NCBI RefSeq assembly: GCF_006345805.1
Contig: NC_043010.1
Coordinates: 62,558,001-62,622,000, forward strand
DNA: 64,000 nucleotides
Direction of reading: 5' to 3'
Source: Octopus sinensis
Lineage: Eukaryota
Each line of letters starts with the position of its first letter. Position 1 is the stretch's first letter. The notes below the pieces were generated by a model. The model was not told the origin of the DNA. It did not search any database and worked only from the letters and a program-made list of their open reading frames with translations. Positions 21,388 to 33,010 of the stretch are shown here, in pieces. The position numbers were made by a program, and so were the translations under genes.

Positions 21388-23095
21388 GAGAGAAAGTGGT
21401 TGGGGTTTATCATTGCAACAGGTAATGATAACATGGTTGTTTCCTCAGAAAGTTAAAACAGTTAAAGACATAAAGCTGGTATTATCTTGAATAGAACTGC
21501 TCCTAAGACCTTGTTTGGATAAAAATCAGCCGATGAGACTTGGAGGTAAGTCATTGAACTTCACATCCTCACAGTTTTATCATCCAACAACAGCTGTGAA
21601 TGATGAGGTGTTGGATCAATTCAGTTACGTATTTGATGAAGAAATCAATCAATCTCTGCCACCAGATGTTCCCATTTTGATTGGAGATGGAAATACTAAG
21701 GTGGAAAAACTAACAACAAAATCAGTAACTGTGGACATTTTCAGTTTGGGCATTGAGAATAATCAGGGAAGCCATTTTGTTGAATTCTGATTATTGAAAT
21801 ATTTTTATTTCTAAAACATGATTTAACCAATATCATAGGCAACTTTACAATTGTATTTTAACTAATTGCAAGCCTCATTAAAAAAAAAAAAGAAATACCA
21901 TTTTATAGTCCAACAACAATGGAAGTGTAGAAAGAAGGTCTGTTAACCCTTTAGTGTTCAGATTATTCTATCAAACATAATGCTTATTGATTCACATTGA
22001 TTTGAATTAATCATGCATTATCTCATATCTTCAAGATCTTGATGGTGTAATTATTTAATGTAGAATAACATAGTAGGGTAGGTGTGAGAGCCTGGATCTG
22101 GTCAGTTTGAACATAAAACAGATTAGCTATTTTGGCCAGTTATGGCCGGTTTAAATACTAATGGGTTAAAACAGGTTAAACTACATTCATCTGCTGATTG
22201 CCAATGATGACCATCGACTTGTTACAATAATTAAATAATATTTCAATAAAAAGATTAAAACATTAAGAAAATACAATTTTGCAAACATTCTAAATAAATG
22301 TAATGTCAAAATAAAAAAAAATATTTCAAAAACTTTGGCAATGTAAAGCGAAAGAGTGACCTGGAAGAACTGTGAAATAAAGCTAAAAAATTGTTTTATA
22401 AATAGCAGGAAAAAATATCAAAGTAAGAGAAAAAAAAAATTACTGAAATGGTTAACAGATGAGACATGAGATAAAACTGAAGAATAAGGACTGTAAAAAA
22501 CTCAGAGATCTGACACCATTTGAATGTAAAGAATGAAAGCAACAATTGAGCAATGAAATTCAATATGTGATAAAAGAAAGAGAAGTAGGAAAACAACAAC
22601 AAAATTTATGATGAGAATGGAAAAAAAATTCAGTAAGAAACACTAATAGAGATCTTTACAAAGCAATGAAGATAATATGAAGAAAATTTGCACCAAGAAT
22701 TGATGTTATCAAAGAGAAATATGGTAATATGCTTTATGAAGGGAAAAGTTTCTACAAAAGATGGAAAGAAAACTGCTGCAGCTTATTCAAGAATACAACA
22801 GGGAATAATCAAAGAGAATGCAATCATAATAATCAAAGTAAAAACTGTGTTAGAGAAAGAGGGAGAGAAAGAGAATGTTTGCCATTCATGTCTGGAGTAA
22901 AAGAGAAATTGTTACAGTGTTTATGTATAAAAATATGGAACCTAAATTTATGGCCAAATGATTGGTCTAAACCAATTTTGATGCCATTGCCAAAGCAAAG
23001 GAAGACATAACACAAGGTAAAGACAACAAGACAAATAATGTGAGTAAAATGTTATTAAAGATCATTGGTGAAGGAATGAAGAATCTTATTTAGAA
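21388..23095 (+). mobile_element. old RTE/BovB-like LINE ORF2 remnant (AP endonuclease to the start of RT), many stops and frameshifts
   Basis: Peptides MRLGGKSLNFTSSQFYHPT...ILIGDGNTKV...FSLGIENNQGSHFVEF, KRWKENCCSLFK and CIKIWNLNLWPNDWSKPILMPLPK match recalled BovB-type motifs (IIGDWNAKVG, KRWQEYTEELY, WPQDWKRSVFIPIPK). Confidence 0.8.
21947..22165. mobile_element. piggyBac-type MITE nested in the LINE remnant
   Basis: TTAA|CCCTTTAGTGTT...AATACTAATGGG|TTAA; same family as 45189-45409. Confidence 0.75.
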
Positions 23096-23202
23096 AGTTA
23101 GAATGTCAAAGAACGGTAAAAAAAAAATGTTCTTTTGGCTGAGTCTGCTTTCCCCCCCCCCACCTCCACCATGACCACCACCACTAAAACATACTGCTTA
23201 TA

Positions 23203-23592
23203 CAGAAACGTTAGCATGCAGAGCGAAATGCCTAGCGGTATTTCATCTACCGCTATGTTCTGAGTTCAAATTCCACTGAGGTCGACTTTGCCTTTCATCC
23301 TTTCGGGGTTGATTAAATAAGTACCAGTTACGCACTGGGGTCGATATCATCGACTTAATCCATTTGTCTGTCCTTGTTTGTCCCCTCTGTGTTTAGCCCC
23401 TTGTGGGTAGTAAAGAAATAGGTATTTCGTCTGCTGTTATGTTCTGAGTTCAAATTCTGCCAGGGTCGACTTTGTCTTTCATCCTTTCGGGGTCAATGAA
23501 TTAAGTACCAGTTGCATACTGGGGTCGATCTAATTGACTGGCCCCCTCCCCCCCAAACCAATTTCAGGCCTTGTGCCTAGAGTAGAAAAGAT
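23203..23592 (+). mobile_element. two tandem family B SINEs
   Basis: Family B body twice; the second starts immediately after the GAAATAG tail of the first. Confidence 0.8.
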
Positions 23593-24261
23593 GTAATAAC
23601 ATACTGAACCAACAACTTTGGCATAATTATCAACGAAAATTCACAAACTTTAAGCTATATACTATTTAATAAACACTTTGATTTGTCTTTGTTGTTGAAA
23701 TAAATACATGCTGCAAGCCTCATTTGTGTTATTTCTCTCAGCTCATTTCCATTTCACACATGCAAATTACCTAGGCCATAAATGTAGTTTATTTTTTTCG
23801 TCTATGGAGACAAGGTAGGGTCACTGATGTGCTGATGACATCTATTGAGGCAGAAACATATCCTCAGTTCTTTTCTTCACTTCAGGCAATCCCACTGCTT
23901 TTTCATAAGTGGCATGTTCTAACATCTCTGGAAGTAAATAATTTCAATAAATCGTGAATGTCTCTTCTAATGATATTTACTCCATTTCTTTTTATAACTT
24001 TGTTGTTTAAATACATCTTACTAGCTGCTCTGAATTATTTTTAAGCTCGTTATCATTAAAACCATACACACAGGGACGAGGTTGTGAAGCAAGTGAAACC
24101 CATTATATTCTTGACCGGAACCTGATGCAGTTCTCCAGCTAACCAGTTCCAGTCACACTGTCCAACCCATGCCGGCATGGAGAAGCAGACTCTAAATGAT
24201 GATGAGGAGGAGGGGGAGGATACACTGACACATATTTTTGTATATAATATATATTATATAC

Positions 24262-24538
24262 ATCACAAAGCTTCGGTTGGCTCAGGGCTATACGTGTATA
24301 TATATATATATCTGTATATATACATGGTCGTTCTCCGGCATGTCCACAGCCTTAGGACTGAAATGTATAAAAGAATATATATATATATATATGTGTATCA
24401 TCATCATCATCATCATCATCGTTTAACGGACGTTAAACGATGATGATGATGATACACATATATATATATATATATTCTTTTATACATTTCAGTCCTAAGG
24501 CTGTGGACATGCCGGAGAACGACCATGTATATATACAG

Positions 24539-24570
<32 letters not shown>

Positions 24571-24602
24571 GTATAGCCCTGAGCCAACTGAAGCTTTGTG
24601 AT
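24262..24602. repeat. near-perfect 341-bp palindrome (inverted duplication)
   Basis: Centre CGTTTAACG-GA-CGTTAAACG (spacer 24429-30). The arms differ by microsatellite length and about one substitution. Confidence 0.9.
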
Positions 24603-24710
24603 TGAATTCGGTAGGTGGAAGTTACTGCCGTGTGTGTATGTGGGCTTGTAGGTGCTCAGTGCCTCTCCGAAAGAGAGAGAGAGGGATATACATATATATA
24701 TATACGTATA

Positions 24711-24998
24711 TCACCGTGACCGACCAGGCTATCAGATGAAGCTACACATCGCTGGTCACAATGCGCTTCGCATTGTTTTAGCCTTCAAATGACGCCACCC
24801 CGCTGGCTAAGCAAGCAGGCCAACAGCAGAAAGAGTGAGAGAAAGAGTACAGGAGGGATCGCCACCACCCCCTGCCAGAGCCGCATGGGGCTTTAGGTGT
24901 TTTCGCTCAATAAACACTCACAACGCCCGGTCTGGGAATCGAAACTGCGATCCTACAACCACGAGTCCGCTGCCCTAACCACTGGGTCATTGCGCCTC
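24711..24998 (-). mobile_element. family E SINE
   Basis: Reverse-complement homologue of 19240-19516. Confidence 0.8.
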
Positions 24999-25109
24999 TA
25001 CTATATACATATATATATATATGATGATGATGATGATATATATATATATATATACATACATGTACGTGCATATACATATATATATACACATGTATATACA
25101 TACATATAT

Positions 25110-25345
25110 ATATCCTTGTTTGCTCCAGTTCACTCAACTGTAGAAATGAGTTGCGACGTCACAGGTGCCAAGCTGTATCGGCCTTTGTCTTTCCCTTGGA
25201 TAACACTGGTGGCATGGAGTGGGGAGGCCGGTATGCATGGGCGACTGCTGGTCTTCCATAAACAACCTTGCCCGGACTTGTGTCTAGGAGGGTAACTTTC
25301 TAGGTGCTATCCCATGGTCATTCATGACCGAAGGGGGTCTTTACC
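25110..25345 (+). mobile_element. family D SINE, 3' part
   Basis: Matches about 905-1130. Confidence 0.75.
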
Positions 25346-25346
25346 C

Positions 25347-25634
25347 TTATATGGGTACAATGACCAGGTATCATGTGGAAGAATGGAATTATTGTAAAAT
25401 TTACCATATTTGGTGCCTATGTAATGCTTACCCTAGAATAGTATCTCTGGAATATAAACCCCTCAACAAAATGTACTGTGTGATCCTCATTCAGGTGAGG
25501 ACATTGGTCTATCTGGACTCAATGGATTACGCCAGTTCATTTGAACCTCCTGCACGACAGATCTTCTGGTTTGTTGCTCAACCAGACGCATTTATCTATC
25601 CTTGTCACCCATAGTGTGTGCACCCTCTAGTTCC
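25347..25634 (+). repeat. unclassified ~285-bp dispersed duplicate (copy 2)
   Basis: Homologue of 18528-18810. Confidence 0.85.
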
Positions 25635-25899
25635 TTCTCCAAGACGTCTATCTTTTGGAATTCCCACCCTGTCAGTACCGTCATAAGGCATGGGTACACT
25701 GGGCAGTTACACGAGACTGGGGTGGGGGCCAGGAACTTACGGCTCTAGGGGATCGATTCTGATCAATATATGTTGTAATTCACTGAAAATAAATACTTAA
25801 AGAGCCCAGTGAGGTGATTTGCCTGGGAGCCTATAATGTTGTGAAAGACAGCTTGGTGTCCTTTTCAAGTTTTTCCTTCCAGCTGTTAACTTGCTGGTG

Positions 25900-27500
25900 T
25901 CCAAATATAACATCAACGAACCGCCGTTTTCAGCAGTCTCAAGGGTCTATTAGAAAAATAAATAAAAATGATTAAGGGTAGAAGAAAAAGTTATAGAGAC
26001 CGCATGTAGATATGAAGTTAGGGTTGGTTATATAATGAGAGACCACAAAAATAAATTCTGTGGTACGACCCCAACCATTGATCTTTAACCACAAAACCAC
26101 ACAAAATATATTAATTCTGAATCGCACAAAAAGTATTATTGAGGACAATTCAGCTGGTCGCATCACAATATTGATACAGAAAAGTCTTCCGCGGTCGCCA
26201 AATAAACAACAGTTAAAGTTTCAGAGAAAGTGAAAGTGATACACGAGAGCAAATGGTAGTCAGTTAGATAAGATACGTGTTTATATGCGCGGCTTTACGT
26301 TGTAATAAAAACAATTTTACATGAAACAGAAGGATTACTCAATTCTTTTGATAATGTACAAATTTATTATTCTTTAACAAGAAAAGTATTGACAGGGACT
26401 TCGAAGTTTCGGCAAGCTATATACGTAAGTAGATTACATATATACACACTCACTCACTTGCACTTATCAAGTTTTGTAAGAGTCAATGAACGAAACTCTC
26501 AGCCTGTGACTCACTGTTCTGCTAAATATTAATATATATATATATACACACACAGCATTCAGACACCCTATAGTATGTCAGTAGCCGTACGCATACACAG
26601 TGGAGCGCGCGAGATGGAAGATAATAATTTCTTTATCAGGTTAGTGGCTGCAGTTTACCGCCACCGATGGCAAAAAGAAAAAAAACAATCATTATCACCG
26701 CACTCGCCACCATTTCACCAACACTATCACTCCCGCCATCTCCACTCCATCGTCTCCCTCGCCGCCGCCTCCTTCTACGTCATTATATTAGCGCCGCTAC
26801 CACCACCCCTTCATCATCGTCGCCACCACCATCTTACTATCATAATTACTCTCCCCTGCTTCTCCCTCTTTTGTGAATATATTTTTTGCCAGTCATTCCG
26901 TGTACTCTCCAGGCAAGAGAGATAAGCATGTCCCCCTACCATTAACCGGTGCATGTCCCCCTTGAAAAAAGTGCTATTTCAGACTGAAGTTGACTTCGAT
27001 CCCCGCACTATATTTCTTTTTACTTTGACAATCGTTCAAGAATACTTTAAAATTTAGTGAGTTATATAAAATAAATATCTGGAAAATACATGTACACTTC
27101 GGCATTAAGAATATGTCCAATTTTTTAAATATACGTATAAATGTATACGTGCTTTAGACGATACAGAAGAAATAGAATTCAAAACAAGGAGTATAGGCTT
27201 GTATACTTTTATTCGCCAGTATAATTATATAAATGACCGAAGGACTGACAGCTCGTTGCATTTAGCAAAATATGAAATATATACTTATATAGATGTATTA
27301 AAAGATGGTATTCCTGGCGTACGGCTCCAGTTTAAGCAAATTTGATAAAAGATTTCAGGGAACAGAAGTCATAAAGACCCAAATCGGCCGACTTATTCTA
27401 TACGAAGTTATCGGCCCGTGGCAACACACACACAAAGACGTATACACAGTATGACTCACTTACTGACACTCACACATACAGTTTCATACACACACACACT
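25900..27500 (+). promoter_or_regulatory. CpG-retaining, TE-free region; putative promoter/first exon (TCAGT 26578-82, donor CAG|GTTAGT at 26640)
   Basis: CpGs are visibly frequent (CCGCGGTCGCC, GCGCGCG, CGCCGCCGCC) compared with the CpG-decayed flanks, and no SINE is present. Confidence 0.45.
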
Positions 27501-27759
27501 ATATTTGTTTTGAGCCAGTTCCGCTTTTCCGTGCAGTTTGAAATTAGAGGGAGAGTGGCAGATCTATGTAGAGAGAGAGAGAGAGAGAGAGAGAGAAAGT
27601 GTTATAACAGGGAGGTATACAATTGATAGACAAATAGATAGAGAGAAGGGGAGCTCCTACTACCACTACTCCTCATAGAGCATCCATAAAGCGAGAGGAA
27701 AAGACTGAAATTTAGTGACAAGAGATTGCAATACATAAAGAGAGAGGGGTAAGACTGAA

Positions 27760-27801
27760 CTACTACTACTACTCTGGAGCATCTCTGAAACGGTAAGTTT
27801 G
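27760..27801 (+). promoter_or_regulatory. putative 5' splice donor module 1
   Basis: (CTA)n-CTCTGGAGCATCTCTGAAACG|GTAAGTTTG, with GT at 27793. Confidence 0.4.
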
Positions 27802-28190
27802 AAACTGGAGAAGGAGAGAGAGTGAGAGAGACGAAGATTTATATATGTAAAGAGAGAGAGAGAGACGAAGATTTATATATGTAAAGAGAGAGAGCGATAT
27901 ATATGTATATTTAGAGAGAGAGGGAATATAGAGAAAGTGAGAGGGGGAGAGAAAATATATATAGACAGAGTAAGAAAGAAGAAGAAAGAATGATGTAAAT
28001 ATAGAGTGAGAGATGGGAAGGGAGAGATAATATATGTGTGTGAGAGAGAGAGGAGGTGACAAAGAGAGAGTGAGAGAGTATTGTAGACGGAATAATGTGT
28101 AATAGAGAAATAAAGAGAGGAAGATAGACAGAGAGAAATGTACACATTACAGAGAAAAAAAGATAGATAGAGCGATATAGAGAGGGTGAG

Positions 28191-28268
28191 TTACTACTAC
28201 TACTACCACTACTGTTACTACTACTACTACTATTACTCATGTGGAGCAACCGTGATACGGTAAGTTTG
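28191..28268 (+). promoter_or_regulatory. putative 5' splice donor module 2
   Basis: (CTA)n-CTCATGTGGAGCAACCGTGATACG|GTAAGTTTG, with GT at 28260. Confidence 0.4.
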
Positions 28269-28722
28269 ATGAATAATAAATACTGATGATGTGAGGGAAG
28301 AAAACAATACACCTTGAGTTTTATTTCCTCTGCGTGTATGTGTGTGTTTATATACACATATATATATACACACGTATGTATATATATATATATGTGTATG
28401 GAGAGAGAGAGAGAGAGGGAAAGAGAGTGAATGGTAGAGCAAGGTTTCATGTGTGTGTGTGTATAATATATAAATGAGTGTATGTGTGTGTGTGTGTACA
28501 TTCATATGTTTATATGTATGTATAAATGTGTGTATATATATGTGTGTGTGTTGGACACATTTGTTAACTGCCATAATGTTTTCAATTCAGATTTTTTTTT
28601 TCGGATCAGAGATCTCAGAGAAACTACACTGTTCCTCTGTATATATGCGTATGTGTCTGTACATATATATATATATATACATGTATGTATGTGTATAGTT
28701 ATGGACATGCAACACAGCACAC

Positions 28723-28765
<43 letters not shown>

Positions 28766-28953
28766 TATATATATATGTATGTATGTATCTCGGTATCTCA
28801 GTTGATGTGGCTTCTCCATTGAGAAAGATTTTGAAATCAGAACTATTCTTGTTTATTACATAAATGATTTATAAGGTCGGGTTGCTTTCTGACTTGTTAA
28901 AACTTGTAATATATATGTATACACACACAAACACACGTAATTGATACATAATA

Positions 28954-29024
<71 letters not shown>

Positions 29025-29340
29025 ACATGTGTATTGAAAATGAAGTATTCAACGAATTAGTGCTTCTGTGTGTATATATATATATATAAACATAGATTGG
29101 AGATTTATGTATGTAGAATCCCGCCAAAGCTGGTTATGGCCATAACCCTGTGATGGAGAGGGTGGGAGTAGAAAAGGGTCCAGTAATATACTTGGGTCGG
29201 GTATACTTTGCCTTACATGCATTTGATATACACGTCTTCTCTAGACACAAAAAATTCTTGTTTTCATATCTGTTGTGGTTGTTACACGACCATAACTATA
29301 TACCGTTTGTATATGTAAATGCAGTCTGTATACATATGAT

Positions 29341-29383
<43 letters not shown>

Positions 29384-30433
29384 GTGTTGGTTTCGCTGAT
29401 GTTCCGTTATAAATGTAACTTGGGAGATAGTGAAAGGCTGTGGTTAAGGAAACGGTATTTTGTCTTGAAAGTTGCGAATATTTTTTGCAAATCACAGGCA
29501 TATACTCAAACATATGTACTGTACATGTTTATACCCGTATATCGTATATAAGTTGTGTGGGTGTCTATATATATTTGTAAATATATGTACTTAAACGTAT
29601 TGTATACATACATATATATATATATATTGTTGTATATGTAATTATGTGTTTATATTTTATGAGTGTGTTTGTAAATATGTGCATGTATGTATGTTTGTAC
29701 ACATATATGTCATCATCGTCATCATTTTACGTCCGTTTTCGAAGCTGGCATGGGTCGGAGGGTTTGGCAGAACCCAGCGAATGGCACCACTACAACGTGC
29801 TCCAGCTTTGGCAGTATTTCTACGGCCCGATGCCCTTCCTAACGCCAACCACTTTATAGTGCTTACTGGGTGGCTTTTCTCATGTCACCGGCTCCAGCAG
29901 GGTTGCCAAGTAACCTATGTGCACGCGCATGTGTGTGTATGTGTGTATAAATGTTCAGTTTATATATGAATGAATATACATTTGTGTGTGTGTGTTTCGT
30001 GTTTACATTTTCACTGATCACTGATCTACACAAAGTGCAGTTGTCATCTTCCTTGTCAAGAAATATTGTACTGATTTTGCACCCCTGAAAGGCTTATGGA
30101 ATAAAGAGATCCTTTACTCAGAAAACAGATAATGGCTTTAATGAGAGGGGCTTCTTCAGGAAGCCTAAATACGGACTATGAAGAAAGAACTTAAAGATTG
30201 CTTCTTGGGAAGGCTCAAAATATGGCCTGAGCACAAGATCAAAGAGGAAATTTATGGACACATTCCACCCATCTTCATTAGTATTGCTCAACACAGTACA
30301 GGCTTTAGTAGCCAATGTTTTTGTCCTGAACAGCAGACCATATCAAGATGTTATATTTTGATGAATTCTATACCTCAATGGGGGACAAAGATCTATTCAG
30401 TTACAGATGATGTTATTAGTAGAGAAAAACAAC

Positions 30434-30800
30434 TAGCTTGCTTACCAACCACATGGTTCTGGGTTCAGTCCCACTGCGTGGCACCTTGGACAAGTGTCAT
30501 CTACTATAGCTTCGGGCCAACCAAAGCCTTGTGAGTGGATTTGGTAGACAGAAACTGAAAGAAGTCCATTGTTTATATGTATATATATGTGTGTGTGTGT
30601 TTCTGTGTCTGTCTTTGTCCCCCCAACATCACTTGACAACCGATGTTGGTGTGTTTACATCCCCGTAACTTAGCAGTTCAGTAAAAGAGACTGATAGAAT
30701 AAGTACTAGGCTTACAAAGAATAAGTCCTGGGGTCAATTTCCTTGACTAAAGGCGGTGTTCCAGCATGGCCACAGTCAAATGACTGAAACAAGTAAAAGA
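30434..30800 (+). mobile_element. tRNA-derived SINE (family A), 5'-truncated
   Basis: GGGTTCAGTCCCACTGCGTGGCACCTTGG...(TG)n...CAGCATGGCC...GAAACAAGTAAAAGA. Confidence 0.8.
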
Positions 30801-31249
30801 GTATGATATTGAGTACTTGCTGTAACTATCGGTGGTTGGAAATTTCTGGTGCAGCATGCTGAAATGTGTCTTAGTTGTGGCCTCTTGAAGAAGATTAACT
30901 TAATTTTCAGGCAGAATCAAAATTAATGATGTATGTATGTATGTATGTATGTAGTATGTATGTATGTATGTATGTATGTATGTATGTATGTATGTATGTG
31001 TGAGAGAGAGAGAGACATGGTTCAGCCTTTGAATTATAGATGCAATCCAACCAACCAGGGTCTCCATCTCCTCAATTTCATTCACAAAATATAGATTGAC
31101 CCAGAGCTATAGAAAGTAGTTGCCCAAGATGTCACTTGACACTCTTTGTATTAGGGATCATAAACCTACCTCAGAACCTATTGTAGCATCTCCAATCCAA
31201 GAAATATGTCTGTGTGTGTGTGAGGAGGGGGAAACATCTCCAGCTATCC

Positions 31250-31700
31250 CAGGGGTTGCCAAACGTTTTTGACCATTGACACCCTTTAGCCACTTCTGCA
31301 TCGACACCCTCTTCATTTAAAATATCTTAATACCTTACCCTACTGTACCATATCTTAAATGCATATTGAGTACTGGTGCTGACAATTAAAATGTTAGCTA
31401 AAATATACATGAACGACAAATTAAAGAATTCTATTGAAGATGACACACTTTTTACATTTAAAACTAAGTGCAAGAGTATACAGTATTAAACTTTCAATTT
31501 TTATGAAATTGTTTTCGTGGTTAGAAAATGTGATAAACGTATCATATTGCTGGAATATCTTTTATTAAAATTGACAACATCAACATGAGGGATGGGCATG
31601 GCACTAACCAAGTATTTCAAGCAGTTCATCTGGGTGAGCTGGTCTTTCACACGCCAACCCCCATTCGACCCCTTGGCTATCATTGACCCCCTGTAATTCC
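31250..31700. mobile_element. possible hAT transposon end fragment
   Basis: CAGGGGTTGCCAAAC at 31250 resembles a hAT TIR; the partner TIR was not found. Confidence 0.35.
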
Positions 31701-31884
31701 TCACTGACCCTTGAGCTATCCTATTTCTTCTCAGTGATAATAAAACCCCTTACTAATTGAGGTGTGTCTAGATGTTTTCAAAAGTACAGAAGACTCCCTC
31801 AGTTGAATCAACGACTGCACCCCACTCTCATGGCCTTGCAGGTTGTGTATTAGAAAACATGGATTTAGTAGCTTTATAGTTATC

Positions 31885-32241
31885 TCTTTTACTTGTTTCA
31901 GTCATTTGACTGCGGCCATGCTGGAGCACCGCCTTTAATTGAGCAACTCGACCCCGGGACTTATTCTTTTGTAAGCCCAGTACTTATTCTATCGGTCTCT
32001 TTTGCCGAACTGCTAAGTTACGGGGACGTAAACACACCAGCATCAGTTGTGAAGCGATGTTGGGGGGACAACCACAGACACACAAACATACACACTCACA
32101 TACATATATATATACGACAAGCTTCTTTCAGTTTCCGTCTACTAAATCCACTCATAAGGCTATAGTATGCCATACAGTGGGACTGAACCCGGAACAATGT
32201 GGTTGGTAAACAAGCTACTTACCACATAGCCACTCCTGTGC
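31885..32241 (-). mobile_element. family A SINE
   Basis: Reverse complement of the family A body, with an internal deletion. Confidence 0.8.
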
Positions 32242-32440
32242 TTATATATATAATATAAATAATATATATACAGAGAGATAGAGAGGGTAGGTTTGCTCCT
32301 ATTCAAAGTTTGAGTACATATTGTTAGATGTACTTTTTCCCCCCACATCAGAACACGAGTGGCTTTTGAGTCCCAAGTGCTGTTTGAAATCTCCATTATA
32401 AACAATGCAAATGTGTTTCACTTCAAGTGGCACTGTGTTG

Positions 32441-33010
32441 CACTTCTATTATTTAAGAGATGAGGAATTATGTACATTGTTTACATTTGACGGATATTTC
32501 TCCTCATCTTGTTTGTTGTTAACACAACGTTTCGTCTTATATATCCTCCAGCCTTCATCATCAGGTGTCTTGGGAAAATTTTGAACCTGGGTTCTCATTC
32601 CTAAGATATTTTGCCAATGTTGTTGTTATTATTATTATTGTTGTTGCTGTTGTTATTATTATTATCATTATCATTATTGCCTTTGCACAGCTTCTAACGC
32701 TGGAGATGAACTACAGTGTCAGCTGTTCACTACCAGTGAACTAAGGTAATGCCCCTTATTTTTCGAATTATTATTATTATTACTATTATTATTATTATTC
32801 AGATCACTGCCTGGAATTGAACTCAGAATCTTGGGGTTAGTAGCCCGCGCTCTTAACCACTACACTGTATGCCCATGTCCATACCTTAGGAATGTGAACC
32901 CAGGTTTGAAATTTCTCCAAGACACCTGATGAAGGCTGGAGGGTATATCAGCCGAAACATCGTGTTAACAACAAACAAAATGAGGACAAATATCCATCAA
33001 ATGTAAATAA
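32441..33010. mobile_element. Penelope-like insertion with inverted pseudo-LTRs, a tRNA-like segment and a 13-bp TSD (H3)
   Basis: TGGCACTGTGTTG at 32428-32440 and 33011-33023. Inverted arms at about 32470-32610 and 32881-33010, each carrying a hammerhead core. Confidence 0.8.
32921..32966 (+). ncRNA. minimal hammerhead ribozyme motif (stem III mutated)
   Basis: GACAC-CTGATGA(32926-32)-A-GGCTG...CAGCC-GAAA(32954-57)-CaTC-GTGTT. The opposite arm retains GAAACGTT. Confidence 0.65.

Noticed and set aside
23834-23870. CTGATGA...GAAA as another hammerhead
   Set aside because: No pairing for stem II or stem I.
26667-26876. 69-aa ORF MAKRKKTIII... as a coding exon
   Set aside because: Low-complexity, lies just after a predicted donor, and has no recognisable homology; more likely intronic CpG-island sequence.
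27399-27411. Exact loxP half-site TATACGAAGTTAT
   Set aside because: Only one 13-bp arm; the left arm and spacer are absent and there is no vector sequence nearby. Treated as a post hoc coincidence.
29132-29147. 16-bp perfect palindrome GGTTATGGCCATAACC
   Set aside because: Single short instance with no supporting context.
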